A stretch of 64,000 nt of DNA from Gammaproteobacteria bacterium (lineage in GTDB: Bacteria > Pseudomonadota > Gammaproteobacteria > Eutrophobiales > Eutrophobiaceae): assembly GCA_965215365.1 (NCBI GenBank), contig CBDCDS010000003.1, positions 1,920,001 to 1,984,000 on the forward strand, written 5' to 3'. The translations under genes were made by a program, and so were the position numbers. This document shows positions 8,991-34,417 of the stretch, one piece after another. Under the pieces are notes generated by a model, which did no database searches, had not been told where the DNA came from, and saw nothing but the letters and a program-made list of their open reading frames with translations. Positions within the stretch are counted from its first letter, which is position 1; the number at the start of each line of letters is the position of its first letter.

Positions 8991-9169
8991 ATTTGTACCT
9001 TTCGATTCCGATCTTGGTAGAGAAATTGATGCCAAATATCAGCAAGTTTTGCTGAAAGAAATTGAGCGACCAAAACACCTACCGGGTAGAATCGTCAAGA
9101 TGATGCAAGAAGAAGGACATACCAGCTTCACAATGTATAGGCATACCCAATTTTCGGAGGATTAGAATA

Positions 9170-9391
9170 ATGGCTAGAGATACCTACAAATATCACTTCA
9201 AAACGGGAAATAAAATCGTTCATACAGGAATAACCAACGATCTTGGCAGGAGAGAGCAAGAGCACAAACAAACCTACGGTGATAGCGGCCATATAAGACA
9301 GGTGGGCCGCCGTACAACTCGTGACGCGGCCTTGAAATGGGAAGGAGAGCAAACAGAAAGGGGCAATCCAACTAGGAGAAGGAGAGGTTGA
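9170..9391 (+). CDS. Small basic GIY-YIG-like protein
   Basis: GGAGG RBS; TYKY...IVHTGITNDLGRREQEH...AALKWE resembles a minimal GIY-YIG fold. Confidence 0.55.
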   Translation: MARDTYKYHFKTGNKIVHTGITNDLGRREQEHKQTYGDSGHIRQVGRRTTRDAALKWEGEQTERGNPTRRRRG

Positions 9392-9590
9392 TTATGGCAT
9401 GTGATATGACAAGTATTTCTCTTTACCTGCTCAAAGCAATTCCCCCCTTACCCGGCACGACTGCCCTTCAAACAGGGCGATGAGTTTGTCCTCCTGGTTG
9501 GTGACCTGTACTTGGTAATGACCGTAGACGCAGCACGACGCCATGGGTATCCCTATTGCATAGTTGCAATTTTGTATCTACAATAACGTC

Positions 9591-9899
9591 ATGCGTTTTG
9601 AATGGAATCACAAAAAGAATCGAATAAACAGAGCCAAGCATAATGTCTCTTTTGAGACTGCTTGCCTAGTTTTTGACGATCCTCACCATTTGAGTGTACA
9701 GGAGCGTCAGAACAATGATGAGGAGCGTTGGCAAACATCAGGCATGGCAGGCGGTGCGGTGGTATTGCCTGTTGCCCATACGGTAATCGAAGGGCAACGC
9801 GGGGAAACTATTCGGATCATTTCTGCCAGAAAGGCGACTAAAAAAGAAAGGTACATTTATGAGCAGGCTTTCCAAAAAGCAAAAAACAGAAATCGATAA
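9591..9899 (+). CDS. brnT: BrnT-family toxin
   Basis: MRFEWNHKKNRINRAKHNVSFE...IRIISARKAT. Confidence 0.85.
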   Translation: MRFEWNHKKNRINRAKHNVSFETACLVFDDPHHLSVQERQNNDEERWQTSGMAGGAVVLPVAHTVIEGQRGETIRIISARKATKKERYIYEQAFQKAKNRNR

Positions 9900-10140
9900 A
9901 CTGATGTCCATGTCTGAGGCTGAGATAGATACTTCAGATATACCGGAGACGATGCATTGGGAAGGGGCTGTTGTGGGCAAATTCTACCGGCCGGTAAAAA
10001 AGCAGGTATCCTTACGCCTTGATGCTGATCTGCTGGAATGGTTTAAGGTTCAAGGTGGTAAATATCAGACCCATATCAATCAGGTTTTGCGTGGTTATAT
10101 GGAGGCCAATCAAATGAAAAACAAACATGCTCAATCTTGA
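9859..10140 (+). CDS. brnA: BrnA antitoxin
   Basis: IDTSDIPE...YRPVKKQVSLRLDADLLEWFK...YQTHINQVLRGYM. Confidence 0.85.
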   Translation: MSRLSKKQKTEIDKLMSMSEAEIDTSDIPETMHWEGAVVGKFYRPVKKQVSLRLDADLLEWFKVQGGKYQTHINQVLRGYMEANQMKNKHAQS

Positions 10141-11434
10141 ACCTTGCTGGTTGCCATACACGGCCAATCGCGCCTTTAAGAGTGCGCCGCGCATCATCGA
10201 TTCGGCGGCGGGTTGTTATTACCGTACCCATGATGGCCGCACCGTGCTGGACTCCTGTTCCGGGTTGTGGACCAGCGGCCTAGGGCATTGCCATCCGCGG
10301 CTCGTCAGGGCGGTGCAGGAGCAGGTGGCCCGGCTGGATTATGCCGCCGCGTTTCAGGTGTCTCATAGCGGGGCGTTTGAACTGGCGCAGAAGGTCACCG
10401 AATTTGCCCCGGACGGCTTTGACCACGTGTTCTTTACCAATTCCGGGTCGGAGGCCGTCGACACCGCCCTGAAGATTGCGCTGGGCTGGCACCGGGTGCG
10501 CGGAGATGCCACCCGCACCCGACTGATCGGCCGCGAGCGGGGCTACCACGGGGTTAATTTCGGCGGCATGTCGGTGGGCGGTATTCCGGGCAATCGCAAG
10601 ATGTTTGGTAGCGCCATGCTGCCGTATGTGGATCACCTGCCACATACCCACAACTTAGAGCATAATGCCTTCAGTACCGGTCAACCGCAGTGGGGCGCGC
10701 ACCTGGCTGAGGAACTGGAGCGTATCGCAGCCCTGCATGACCCCGGCAATATCGCCGCGGTCATTGTCGAACCGGTTGCCGGTTCCGCCGGCGTGCTGGT
10801 GCCGCCGTCAGGCTACCTGGAGCGGCTGCGGGAGATTTGTACGCGGCACGGCATTCTGCTCATCTTCGATGAAGTGATCACCGCGTTTTACCGCGTCGGC
10901 GCGCCGTTCGGTTGTGTGCGCTTCGACGTCATGCCGGATATCATTACCACGGCCAAGGGTATCACCAACGGGGTCATTCCGATGGGCGCGGTGCTGGTGG
11001 GGCGCGATATTTACGACGGCTTCATGCAGGGACCGGATTACGCCATCGAATTTTTCCATGGCTACACCTATTCCGGCCACCCGGTGGCCTGTGCCGCCGG
11101 TCTGGCGGCGCTGGACGTTTATGCCGAGGAAGACATCGGCGCCCAGGCAGCCCGGCTGGAGCCGTTATTTGCACAGGCCATTCATGCCTTGCGCGAGGCG
11201 CCGCATGTTATCGACATTCGCAACTTCGGCCTGATGGGCGCGATTGAGCTGTCCCCGCGCCCCGGCGCTCCGGGCGTGCGCGGTATGGAGGCGCATGTGC
11301 GCTGTTTTGAACAGGGGCTGATGATACGGCACAGCATGGACACCCTTGCGTTCGCGCCCTTTTTGACGTTCACGCAAGAGCAGCTGGAGCAGACTTTTGA
11401 TACGGTGCGCAGAGTCCTCAACACGGTTGCTTAA
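10127..11434 (+). CDS. Class III omega-amino acid:pyruvate aminotransferase (beta-alanine-pyruvate type)
   Basis: WLPYTANRAFK, NSGSEAVDTALK, LIFDEVITAF, TTAKGITNG, FHGYTYSGHP. Confidence 0.85.
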   Translation: MLNLEPCWLPYTANRAFKSAPRIIDSAAGCYYRTHDGRTVLDSCSGLWTSGLGHCHPRLVRAVQEQVARLDYAAAFQVSHSGAFELAQKVTEFAPDGFDHVFFTNSGSEAVDTALKIALGWHRVRGDATRTRLIGRERGYHGVNFGGMSVGGIPGNRKMFGSAMLPYVDHLPHTHNLEHNAFSTGQPQWGAHLAEELERIAALHDPGNIAAVIVEPVAGSAGVLVPPSGYLERLREICTRHGILLIFDEVITAFYRVGAPFGCVRFDVMPDIITTAKGITNGVIPMGAVLVGRDIYDGFMQGPDYAIEFFHGYTYSGHPVACAAGLAALDVYAEEDIGAQAARLEPLFAQAIHALREAPHVIDIRNFGLMGAIELSPRPGAPGVRGMEAHVRCFEQGLMIRHSMDTLAFAPFLTFTQEQLEQTFDTVRRVLNTVA

Positions 11435-11443
11435 CCCGCATAG

Positions 11444-13171
11444 TTAATATCCGAAATAATTGATCCAGGGTTGCAGCGCTGGCAGGACCGGCTGCATTGC
11501 GGTCTGGTAGCGACGCCAGCGGCCCTGCGCTGCGCGGTATATTGGCCGGGTCACCTGGTCGTAGCTGGCGGTGCCGATCAGGGGTCGTTCTCGGGCGCTG
11601 CGTTCGTGTGCCAGGATATCCGGGTGCCAGGGCATGTCGAGGAACTTCAGTATGCGCCGACAGGTTGGTTCCGTATCTGCGATCAGGTCTTCGTACTTTA
11701 CCTGTAGCACCTTCAGTGGCAGCAGGTCGGTGTATTGCCGCCACAGGTCGAACACCCGGTGGTACAGGTGGGCGCTGTCTTCCAGAGTGAAGAAGCTGGC
11801 ATTGGCTGAGGTTTCATAAAAGGTTTGCAGGAAGCAGCTCAGCACACAGTCCGCCGGGTGGCGCAGCAGGAGTATGAATCTGGCTTGTGGAAATACCCGG
11901 TAAATCTCCCCGGCATACACGGTATTGAGGGCAAACCGATCGATCGGCAGAAGGCCTTCCGTGGCTGGCAGATGGCGCGCCAGTGCCTTGAAATAAGCGA
12001 AGCGCAGCATCTCAATTTCCTGGCCTGATAACTCGCCCATGCTGTCGAGACGCGCATCCGTCGGTCCCGCAAGCCGGTTGACCATAGTCGCCACGGCGTC
12101 GGTTTCCTCCACCACCCGCAGGGCCGGATGCCCGCGCAGCAAGGCGTCGAGCAAGGTGCTGCCGGAGCGGGGGAAGCCGATGATAAAAACCGGTCCTGCG
12201 CGTTCGCCGGCAGCGGCAAATTGAGACCATCGCTCCAGATTGGCGGCGGTAAAATAACGCCGCCGGTTCTCCACGCAGTGCAGAAAGCGCGACTTGTCTA
12301 TACCCTTCCCGGCGCTCAGCTGACGCGACAGGTCGTTGGCGTTACGGGCATATTTCAGGGTCGCGTCGGGGTCGCCCAGCCGCTCGCAGAGCCGCGCCAG
12401 GCGCGCCAGGCGCATTCTTTCGCCGTGTTGTTGTAACGTAGCCGCCGGGGCTATGGAAAACGCCTCCAGTAACGCTCTGGCGTGTTCGTGCTCACCGTCG
12501 ATAGCGGCCAGGATGCCTTCAAACAGTCTCACTATCTCATGCTCACCCAGGGCTTGGCGCGCCCGCGCGACGGCTCGCCGCAGCGGTTCATGCCGGTTGG
12601 CCTGTTCGAGAAAACCCAGCAGGCCCAGCTGCGCGGGCAGATAATTTGCATCAATGGCTATGGCTTTTTCAAAGCAGTCCTCGACCTGCTCAGGCAGGCG
12701 CAGCTCCCACAGTACCTTGGCCAGAGCACACAGCGCCTGGTGATACACCGGGTTGATGCGTGTGGCTTGCCGGTAGCAGTCGGCGGCCTGCGCCGGACGG
12801 TTGTGGTTTTCATGGACGAGGCCCAGGTTGAACCAGGCCTGAGCAAGTTGTGAATCATGTCTGAGCGCGTGGTGGAAGCTGGTGGCGGCATCTTCCAGCC
12901 GTCCCAGCCGCAGGTAGGCAATACCTAGGCTGTTATGCGCCTTGGCCAGGTCCGGGCGCAGCTCCAGCGCCGCCTGGTAGCTGCGCACCGCCTCCTCATA
13001 GTCATGCAGCGCCAGCGCCGCGGCGCCGGCCAGACTGTGTAATACAGCCTCACCGGGCCAGGTCTCCAGCAAGTCCTGCGTCCGTTCCAGCAACGCCTGA
13101 TATTCGCCGCCGCGGTACTGGTCGAACAGCGATTTGATTGTTGCCGGGTCGGGGTTATTCATAACATCCAA
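11444..13171 (-). CDS. TPR-repeat sulfotransferase
   Basis: N-terminal TPRs; PVFIIGFPRSGSTLL PAPS loop; RHPADCVLSC; TASYDQVTRPIY. Confidence 0.85.
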   Translation of the reverse strand: MDVMNNPDPATIKSLFDQYRGGEYQALLERTQDLLETWPGEAVLHSLAGAAALALHDYEEAVRSYQAALELRPDLAKAHNSLGIAYLRLGRLEDAATSFHHALRHDSQLAQAWFNLGLVHENHNRPAQAADCYRQATRINPVYHQALCALAKVLWELRLPEQVEDCFEKAIAIDANYLPAQLGLLGFLEQANRHEPLRRAVARARQALGEHEIVRLFEGILAAIDGEHEHARALLEAFSIAPAATLQQHGERMRLARLARLCERLGDPDATLKYARNANDLSRQLSAGKGIDKSRFLHCVENRRRYFTAANLERWSQFAAAGERAGPVFIIGFPRSGSTLLDALLRGHPALRVVEETDAVATMVNRLAGPTDARLDSMGELSGQEIEMLRFAYFKALARHLPATEGLLPIDRFALNTVYAGEIYRVFPQARFILLLRHPADCVLSCFLQTFYETSANASFFTLEDSAHLYHRVFDLWRQYTDLLPLKVLQVKYEDLIADTEPTCRRILKFLDMPWHPDILAHERSARERPLIGTASYDQVTRPIYRAAQGRWRRYQTAMQPVLPALQPWINYFGY

Positions 13172-13204
13172 TTATCAGGGGCAGAGTAAACTCTGACGAA
13201 ATTC

Positions 13205-15235
13205 TTACTCTGACTCCGTGGCGCTGGACAGTTCCGCGCCCAGCGCCGCGCGCAAGGGACCCAACCAGGGCTCGAAGTGGCGCCATTGTTCCAGGCCGCT
13301 GCGATAGATGGGTTGGCGCACCTGTTCCGAGCTCGGGGTGCGCACGTTGCGTTGCGTCTCGTGGAAGTTGAGACAGGCCTGCTCGAACGGCAGCTCACAG
13401 AAATCCAGCAGCCGTCGCACCTGGGTTTCCAGATCATTCACTACATCCTCATGTTGCACGCGCAGCACAAAGCCGGGCAACACCTGCTGCCAGTGCTGCA
13501 TAAGCCGCACGTAGGCACGGTAGTAACGTCCTGCCTCAGGCAAACCATAGCTGAATTCCTGCCCTTCGCCGAACAACTGCTTAAAACAACTGAAACAGCA
13601 GGCCATGGGGTCACGGCGGGCGTCGATCACCCTGGCATTGGGCAGGATCAGCCGGATCAGGCCGATATGCAGGAAGTTATTCGGCATCTTGTCAATGAAG
13701 CGCGGCGCGTTGCCACGATAGACCCGGGTCTGCTCAATGAACTGTTCCCCGAAACGGCGGAAATAATCCGCGTCCAGTTGCTGCAGAATGGCGGGATACC
13801 GGGAGTGCCGCTCCTCTTCCCGGCCGCGCAGTTTTTGCGCCAGGGCTAGGATGTTATGCAGTTCCATAGTGCCGTCCACGCTGCTGTGGGAAGCCAGGAT
13901 CTGCTCCAGCAAAGTGGAGCCGGCGCGCGGCAGGCCGACGATGAAGATCGGGTCGCGGCAATCCAGCCCGACGCCTTGACGGTTGCTGAATAACTCCTCG
14001 GTGCAGGTGTCAATCTGAGCCTGTACCCGCGCTTCCAGCCGTTCCACCCGGTAGCCGGTCTGGCGCAGCTTGAGGGCGTTGCCCTGTGCATAACAGCCGA
14101 AGGCTTGCGCATACTCCTTGCGATCCTCCAGCGCCTTGCCACCGGCAAAGTACAGCGCGATACGGTCAGTGAGCGCAACGCCGGGAGCCTCTGCGTAATG
14201 CCTGATGCGTTCGAGCTCCGCGTCGGGAAACTGATAGGTCTTGATATTGGCCAGGCTCCAGTAGGCGTCGCCGTAATCCGCTCGACACCGGTAGGCTTCC
14301 CGATAGGATTGAACCGCTGCGTCCGTCAGCCCCATGGTCTTGCTGGCGTGGCCGATCTGCAGGTGCAAGTCGGCGCGCTGGGGGCGCTCCGCCAGCGCCT
14401 CGTTGAACAGGGCGATGCCTTCAGCAAACCGGCCCAGCCCTACCAGCGTGCTTGCCAAGACACTCTTAAAGTCCGGGTTGTCGGGTTGTTGCGCCAGCAA
14501 CAGTTGCGCCTGTTGGCGCGCTGCTTCAAAGCGGGTCTTCCGGATCAGGATATTGACATAGTCAATACGCGCCGGCAGATGGTCCGGGGCGAACTCCACG
14601 CAGCTTTCCAGCAGGAACTCGGCATCATCGTAAATGCCCATGCGCACCCCGATTTCCGCCAGCAGGCGCATGGCTTCGATATGGTGTTTGTGTTGTTGCA
14701 GGTAATCCCGGCACAACACTTCGGCCTTATAGAGTTTGCGCTCATGGAGCAGGTCAAGCACATCCACCAGCGTCGCCGGCAACCGTTCCAGGTAATCCAA
14801 CTGTTGCTGCGCCTGTCGCGCCGACTGCATCTGGCCCAGGCGTTGTTCCAGGTTGATCAGCACCTTCAGGCTGGATTTCAGGGCCGGGTTCAGTGCAACC
14901 GCCCTGCTGTATGCCGGCGCGGCATCTTCACTGCGGTTCAGGGACAAAAAGATGTGGCCGCGTTCCTGGTAGGCGCGGGCGTATTCGGGATTTTCCGCAA
15001 GCAAGGTGTCCAGCGTTGCCAGCGCCTGCTCGTGCCGATTATCATAACGCTGCGCCACGGCCAGCAGGTATAAAGCCTGCACCCGGTCGTCGGCATCCGG
15101 CCCGGTTGCCAGCAAGTCCTGCATCAGTGAGGTTGCTTCACCAAACCGGGCAGTTTCAAGCAGTTGTTTGGCGCGCGCGAGAGATTCAGGTACGGCAATC
15201 TGTCCGGTTTTATCATGTTGGATTTTGGAGGGCAT
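13205..15235 (-). CDS. TPR-repeat sulfotransferase
   Basis: TPRs; PIFIVGLPRAGSTLLEQILASH; FIDKMPNNF; TPSSEQVRQPI. Confidence 0.9.
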   Translation of the reverse strand: MPSKIQHDKTGQIAVPESLARAKQLLETARFGEATSLMQDLLATGPDADDRVQALYLLAVAQRYDNRHEQALATLDTLLAENPEYARAYQERGHIFLSLNRSEDAAPAYSRAVALNPALKSSLKVLINLEQRLGQMQSARQAQQQLDYLERLPATLVDVLDLLHERKLYKAEVLCRDYLQQHKHHIEAMRLLAEIGVRMGIYDDAEFLLESCVEFAPDHLPARIDYVNILIRKTRFEAARQQAQLLLAQQPDNPDFKSVLASTLVGLGRFAEGIALFNEALAERPQRADLHLQIGHASKTMGLTDAAVQSYREAYRCRADYGDAYWSLANIKTYQFPDAELERIRHYAEAPGVALTDRIALYFAGGKALEDRKEYAQAFGCYAQGNALKLRQTGYRVERLEARVQAQIDTCTEELFSNRQGVGLDCRDPIFIVGLPRAGSTLLEQILASHSSVDGTMELHNILALAQKLRGREEERHSRYPAILQQLDADYFRRFGEQFIEQTRVYRGNAPRFIDKMPNNFLHIGLIRLILPNARVIDARRDPMACCFSCFKQLFGEGQEFSYGLPEAGRYYRAYVRLMQHWQQVLPGFVLRVQHEDVVNDLETQVRRLLDFCELPFEQACLNFHETQRNVRTPSSEQVRQPIYRSGLEQWRHFEPWLGPLRAALGAELSSATESE

Positions 15236-15306
15236 GATGAAGCAGGCAGAACCAAGACCAGCGAGGGCGCATCAAGCGCAGTCTTCTATATGTTAGCAAC
15301 TTTTTG

Positions 15307-16441
15307 TGTCCGGGTTCAGAAACAAGTGAGACTCTTTAGATAAAGAAATCGGGTAGTTAAGTGTGTAAAGTGATTTCGATTAACTTACACAGGAGGACTA
15401 CCCGATGCAGATCAAAAGGTAAGCGGGTGAAATCATATCGCAGTTGGCGCGTCGATGATACTACCGATGCTGACGCGCGCGGTCGTTTGAAGCAGTTGGA
15501 ATTGGTTGCGACGTTACGCGAGGATGGGTGTGGTGAGGCGACGGCACTGGCAGCAGTAGGTTGGTCGAGGGCGACCTACTACCGTTGGTTGAAGCGGTAT
15601 CGTGAACATGGGCTGAAGGGTCTGGGGTGTGGCTCTCGTGCGCCGCGGCGGCGGCGTGTGCCGCAATGGACGCGCCAGCACGAGCAGCAGGTCTTGCACC
15701 TTCGCCAACGTTATCCGTTATGGGGTAAGCGTAAGCTCTGGCGGGTGGGGGTGCGCGAGCAGGGCTGGACTTTGAGCGAGAGTACGGTCGGGCGCATCGT
15801 GGCGAAGCTGGTGCGGCTAGGTCGGGTCAAGCCGGTGGCGTTTTACTATGGCCGGGTGAAGCCTAAGCGCCGCCGGGCGTTTACCCATCATGCCAAGCGC
15901 TGGCGCTACGGGATGAAGGCTAAGGCGCCAGGGGAGTTGATGCAGATAGACCACATGAGTGTCGGCTTCACGGACGGCGTCACGGTGAAGGAGTTCAAGG
16001 CCGTCTGTCCGGTGAGCAAATGGAGTGCGCTGCGAGCCTACAGTCGGGCCACCAGTGGCAATGCCCGGCGCTTCTTAAAAGCGCTGCTCGGTGAGGCGCC
16101 GTTTCCCATCCGTTCTATCCAGGTCGATGGCGGCTCGGAGTTCTTAAGATGAGTTCGAGCAGGCTTGCCAGGACTTAGGAATCCCCCTGTACGTGCTGCC
16201 CCCGAAAAAACCCGAATACAACGGCTGTGTAGAACGCGCCAATGCCACCAGCCGCTATGAGTTCTATCCGTTCTACGAGGGTCCACTGACCGTGGCCGCC
16301 ATCAACCGCAAACTGGCAGAGTATCAGCAATACTACAATACCTACCGCCCGCATGACGGTATTGGTTTATTAACCCCAATGGAGTATTATCAACAACTCA
16401 CACAGCCTGCCTCTGAGTCTCATATGTATTGAACCTGGACA
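15307..16441 (+). mobile_element. IS481-family element with a frameshifted transposase
   Basis: Ends TGTCCGGGTTCAGAAACAAGTGAGACTC / GAGTCTCATATGTATTGAACCTGGACA; HTH + rve motifs (QIDH, IQVDGGSEF, NGCVER); +1 shift near 16145. Confidence 0.8.
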
Positions 16442-16446
16442 ATGCA

Positions 16447-16474
16447 TTGACATCAGAGTTCTCTATGCTATACT
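16447..16474 (+). promoter_or_regulatory. Sigma70 promoter, probably giving a leaderless transcript
   Basis: TTGACA-16 bp-TATACT with an extended TGn, 6 nt before ATG 16481. Confidence 0.6.
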
Positions 16475-16480
16475 AGTGCC

Positions 16481-16975
16481 ATGGAACCTCACGTTCAAAT
16501 TCTGACTGCAATCATTGGCGTCGGTGTCGCCTTGGCCGGGCTGATCCTGAGATTAGCCACGCGTATCGACGGGCGTGTCGACGGGCTGAGCGAAAAGATT
16601 GACAAATCAGTTGCCGCGCTGATCGATAAGATTGACAAGACACGTGCCGAGCTGAACGAAAGGATTGACAAGACTAATGAAAAAATTGACAAGACACGTG
16701 CCGCGCTGAGCGAAAAAATTGACAAGACACGTGCCGAGCTGATCGAGAGGATTGACAAGTCAGTTGCCGCGCTGAGCGAAAAAATTGACAAGACCAATGA
16801 GAGGGTTGACAAGACCAATGGCCGGCTGGGGCGGGTCGAACAAGGTCTGGCGGCGCTCAAGGCCACGGTGGAGACTTTCTTCCGGGTGCGCGTCGACCCG
16901 TTGGTTCCCCCGCCGGATTCTTCCACGGATTCCTCGCCCCCGGTTGAGCAGTGCCGGACCGGCACGGATGGCTGA
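16481..16975 (+). CDS. Membrane-anchored coiled-coil repeat protein, copy 1
   Basis: N-terminal hydrophobic helix; 11-aa and 7-aa repeats (IDKTRAELNER, IDKTNEK). Confidence 0.7.
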   Translation: MEPHVQILTAIIGVGVALAGLILRLATRIDGRVDGLSEKIDKSVAALIDKIDKTRAELNERIDKTNEKIDKTRAALSEKIDKTRAELIERIDKSVAALSEKIDKTNERVDKTNGRLGRVEQGLAALKATVETFFRVRVDPLVPPPDSSTDSSPPVEQCRTGTDG

Positions 16976-17064
16976 AACAGCAGACAACGCTTGCTTTGTA
17001 TATCACTGAAAAAAGTGAAGAGAAAAACCAAAAACCGCAGAGTTCTCTGTGCTATACTGGTGCC

Positions 17065-17655
17065 ATGGAACCTCACGTTCAAATTCTGACTGCAATCATT
17101 GGCGTCGGTATCGCCTTGGCCGGGCTGATCCTGAGATTAGCCACGCGTGTCGACGGGCTGAGCGAAAAGATTGACAAATCAGTTGCCGCGCTGATCGAGA
17201 AGATTGACAAGACACGTGCCGAGCTGAACGAAAGGATTGACAAGACACGTGCCGAGCTGATCGATAAGATTGACAAATCGGTTGCCGCGCTGAACGAAAG
17301 GATTGACAAGACTAGTGAAAAAATTGACAAGACACGTGCCGAGCTGAACGAAAAGATAGACAAGACTAATGAAAAAATTGACAAGACACGTGCTGAGCTG
17401 AACGAAAAAATTGACAAGACACGTGCCGCGCTGAGCGAAAAAATTGACAAGACCAATGAGAGGGTTGACAAGACCAATGAGCGGGTTGGCAAGACCAATG
17501 GCCGGCTGGGGCGGGTCGAACAAGGTCTGGCGGCGCTCAAGGCCACGGTGGAGACTTTCTTCCGGGTGCGCGTCGACCCGTTGGTTCCCCCGCCGGATTC
17601 TTCCACGGATTCCTCGCCCCCGGTTGAGCAGCGCCGGACCGGCACGGATGGTTAA
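17065..17655 (+). CDS. Membrane-anchored coiled-coil repeat protein, copy 2 (longer array)
   Basis: Tandem near-identical paralog of 16481-16975 with the same -10 box and C-terminus. Confidence 0.7.
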   Translation: MEPHVQILTAIIGVGIALAGLILRLATRVDGLSEKIDKSVAALIEKIDKTRAELNERIDKTRAELIDKIDKSVAALNERIDKTSEKIDKTRAELNEKIDKTNEKIDKTRAELNEKIDKTRAALSEKIDKTNERVDKTNERVGKTNGRLGRVEQGLAALKATVETFFRVRVDPLVPPPDSSTDSSPPVEQRRTGTDG

Positions 17656-17705
17656 AACAGCATTGCTATATCACTGAAAAAAGTACAAAAAAAGCCAAAA
17701 ACTAC

Positions 17706-17734
17706 TTGACAATCTTGAGGGGGAATGCCATAAT
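17706..17734 (+). promoter_or_regulatory. Sigma70 promoter for the giant adhesin
   Basis: TTGACA-17 bp-CATAAT. Confidence 0.65.
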
Positions 17735-17736
17735 GA

Positions 17737-17904
17737 ACAGCCGCACAGCCGCACAGCCGCACAGCCGCACAGCCGCACAGCCGCACAGCCGCACAGCCGC
17801 ACAGCCGCACAGCCGCACAGCCGCACAGCCGCACAGCCGCACAGCCGCACAGCCGCACAGCCGCACAGCCGCACAGCCGCACAGCCGCACAGCCGCACAG
17901 CCGC
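17737..17904 (+). repeat. Perfect octamer tandem repeat (ACAGCCGC)x21
   Basis: 168 bp of exact 8-mers ending directly at ATG 17905. Confidence 0.95.
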
Positions 17905-31904
<14,000 letters not shown>

Positions 31905-31957
31905 CAGGGGCGTTCTTTTGATACCATGCCCGTTTTGTGTTGTTGCCACGTCACTCC

Positions 31958-33339
<1,382 letters not shown>

Positions 33340-33343
<4 letters not shown>

Positions 33344-33815
33344 CTTTTAAAGTTTCGTGGTCTTTTTGAACTCTCACCAATACAGGCGTGCCTTCGAACA
33401 GTTCAGTTAGAATTGCATCAATTCCCTGATTTCTCTGAACAGGATTGAAAGCAATGCCATCAAGTAAACTCAAGGCTTTTCCATCAGCATTCCGATACCA
33501 TTCCCGGCCTTTTTCCATCAGGTTGGATTCTGTCTTTACAGGAGCTCTTATTCGTTCTAGCGACAGCTCAACCGCCTCTGCGGATTTGTCTATACCGATA
33601 TAACGTCGCTCAAGTAGCTTCGCAGCTACGCAAGTAGTCCCGCTCCCACAAAAAGGATCCAAGACGGTATCATTTTTGGCAGAAGCAATTTGAATAATCT
33701 TTCCGAGTAACAACAATGGTTTTTGCGTTGGATAACCCACTCGTTCCTTTGCCTTTGGATTCAGGTATGGAATTTCCCATACATCACTCAACGGCACTCC
33801 ATTCTTTACCCATGT
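33340..33815 (-). pseudogene. N4/N6 DNA methyltransferase, C-terminal fragment
   Basis: SDVWEIP...GYPTQKP...VLDPFCGSGTT; the N-terminal catalytic part is missing. Confidence 0.75.
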
Positions 33816-34030
33816 ATAAAGTTTCAAGGGTTTCCTGAATGCGTCGTGCTTGAGCCCTGTTCGGATAGTAAAACATAACCCTGATGGGTTTATATCCGGT
33901 GCCGGATATCACCTTGATTCTAGTATGTTCCTTATTGATATGGTCGCCATCAGTCGTCGCATCCCTCCATTTGATTTCAATCGCATCAGTTCCAACAAGG
34001 CAATCAATTTCAAATGTTTTCGGGCGTTGG
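33812..34030 (-). pseudogene. ApaLI-like restriction endonuclease fragment
   Basis: Manual translation RPKTFEIDCLVGTDAIEIKWRDATTDGDHINKEHTRIKVI...RVMFYYPNR; family recognised from memory. Confidence 0.6.
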
Positions 34031-34175
34031 CTAACTGCATTCCAAAATCGGAGATGTTTTTTATTTTAACAAGGCTTCATGGTACCGGCGTCCGGGAGAT
34101 GTCAAGTATGCAATTCTTTGATTGACGCCGCCCTGTTCAGGGCGTATGATTGCGCCTCTGCCTTATGGCTCGGTT

Positions 34176-34252
34176 CGGGGCATGGCGCAGTCTGGTAGCG
34201 CATCTGCTTTGGGAGCAGAGGGTCGGGGGTTCAAATCCCTCTGCCCCGACCA
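34176..34252 (+). tRNA. tRNA-Pro(TGG)
   Basis: Cloverleaf; anticodon arm TCTGC-TTTGGGA-GCAGA; encoded CCA. Confidence 0.95.
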
Positions 34253-34308
34253 TTGTGTGATGTGTCCCTGACGAAAGGGCGCCAGGGACGCAGGAATGAC
34301 GAGGTGTT

Positions 34309-34385
34309 GCGCTCGTAGCTCAACCGGATAGAGCATCGGCCTTCTAAGCCGAGGGTTAGAGGTTCGAGTCCTCTCGGGCGCGCCA
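34309..34385 (+). tRNA. tRNA-Arg(TCT)
   Basis: Anticodon arm TCGGC-CTTCTAA-GCCGA; GTTCGAG; CCA. Confidence 0.95.
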
Positions 34386-34417
34386 AATGCCGGGCTGACC
34401 CCGGTGCCAGCGGACAT

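Noticed and set aside
6800-10140. Integron cassette array of TA and small genes
   Set aside because: No intI-type recombinase and no recognisable attC sites; orientations are mixed.
11431-11447. TTAACCCGCATA as another MITE A copy
   Set aside because: Only about 8 bp match the end sequence; too short to support.
16135-16160. Programmed frameshift in the IS481 transposase
   Set aside because: No slippery run at the site, and IS481 transposases are normally one ORF; more likely mutation or sequencing error.
16590-17500. Regularly spaced ATTGACAAGAC repeats as a CRISPR array
   Set aside because: Spacing is 21/33 nt, in frame within coding sequence; intervening DNA is itself repetitive; no cas genes.
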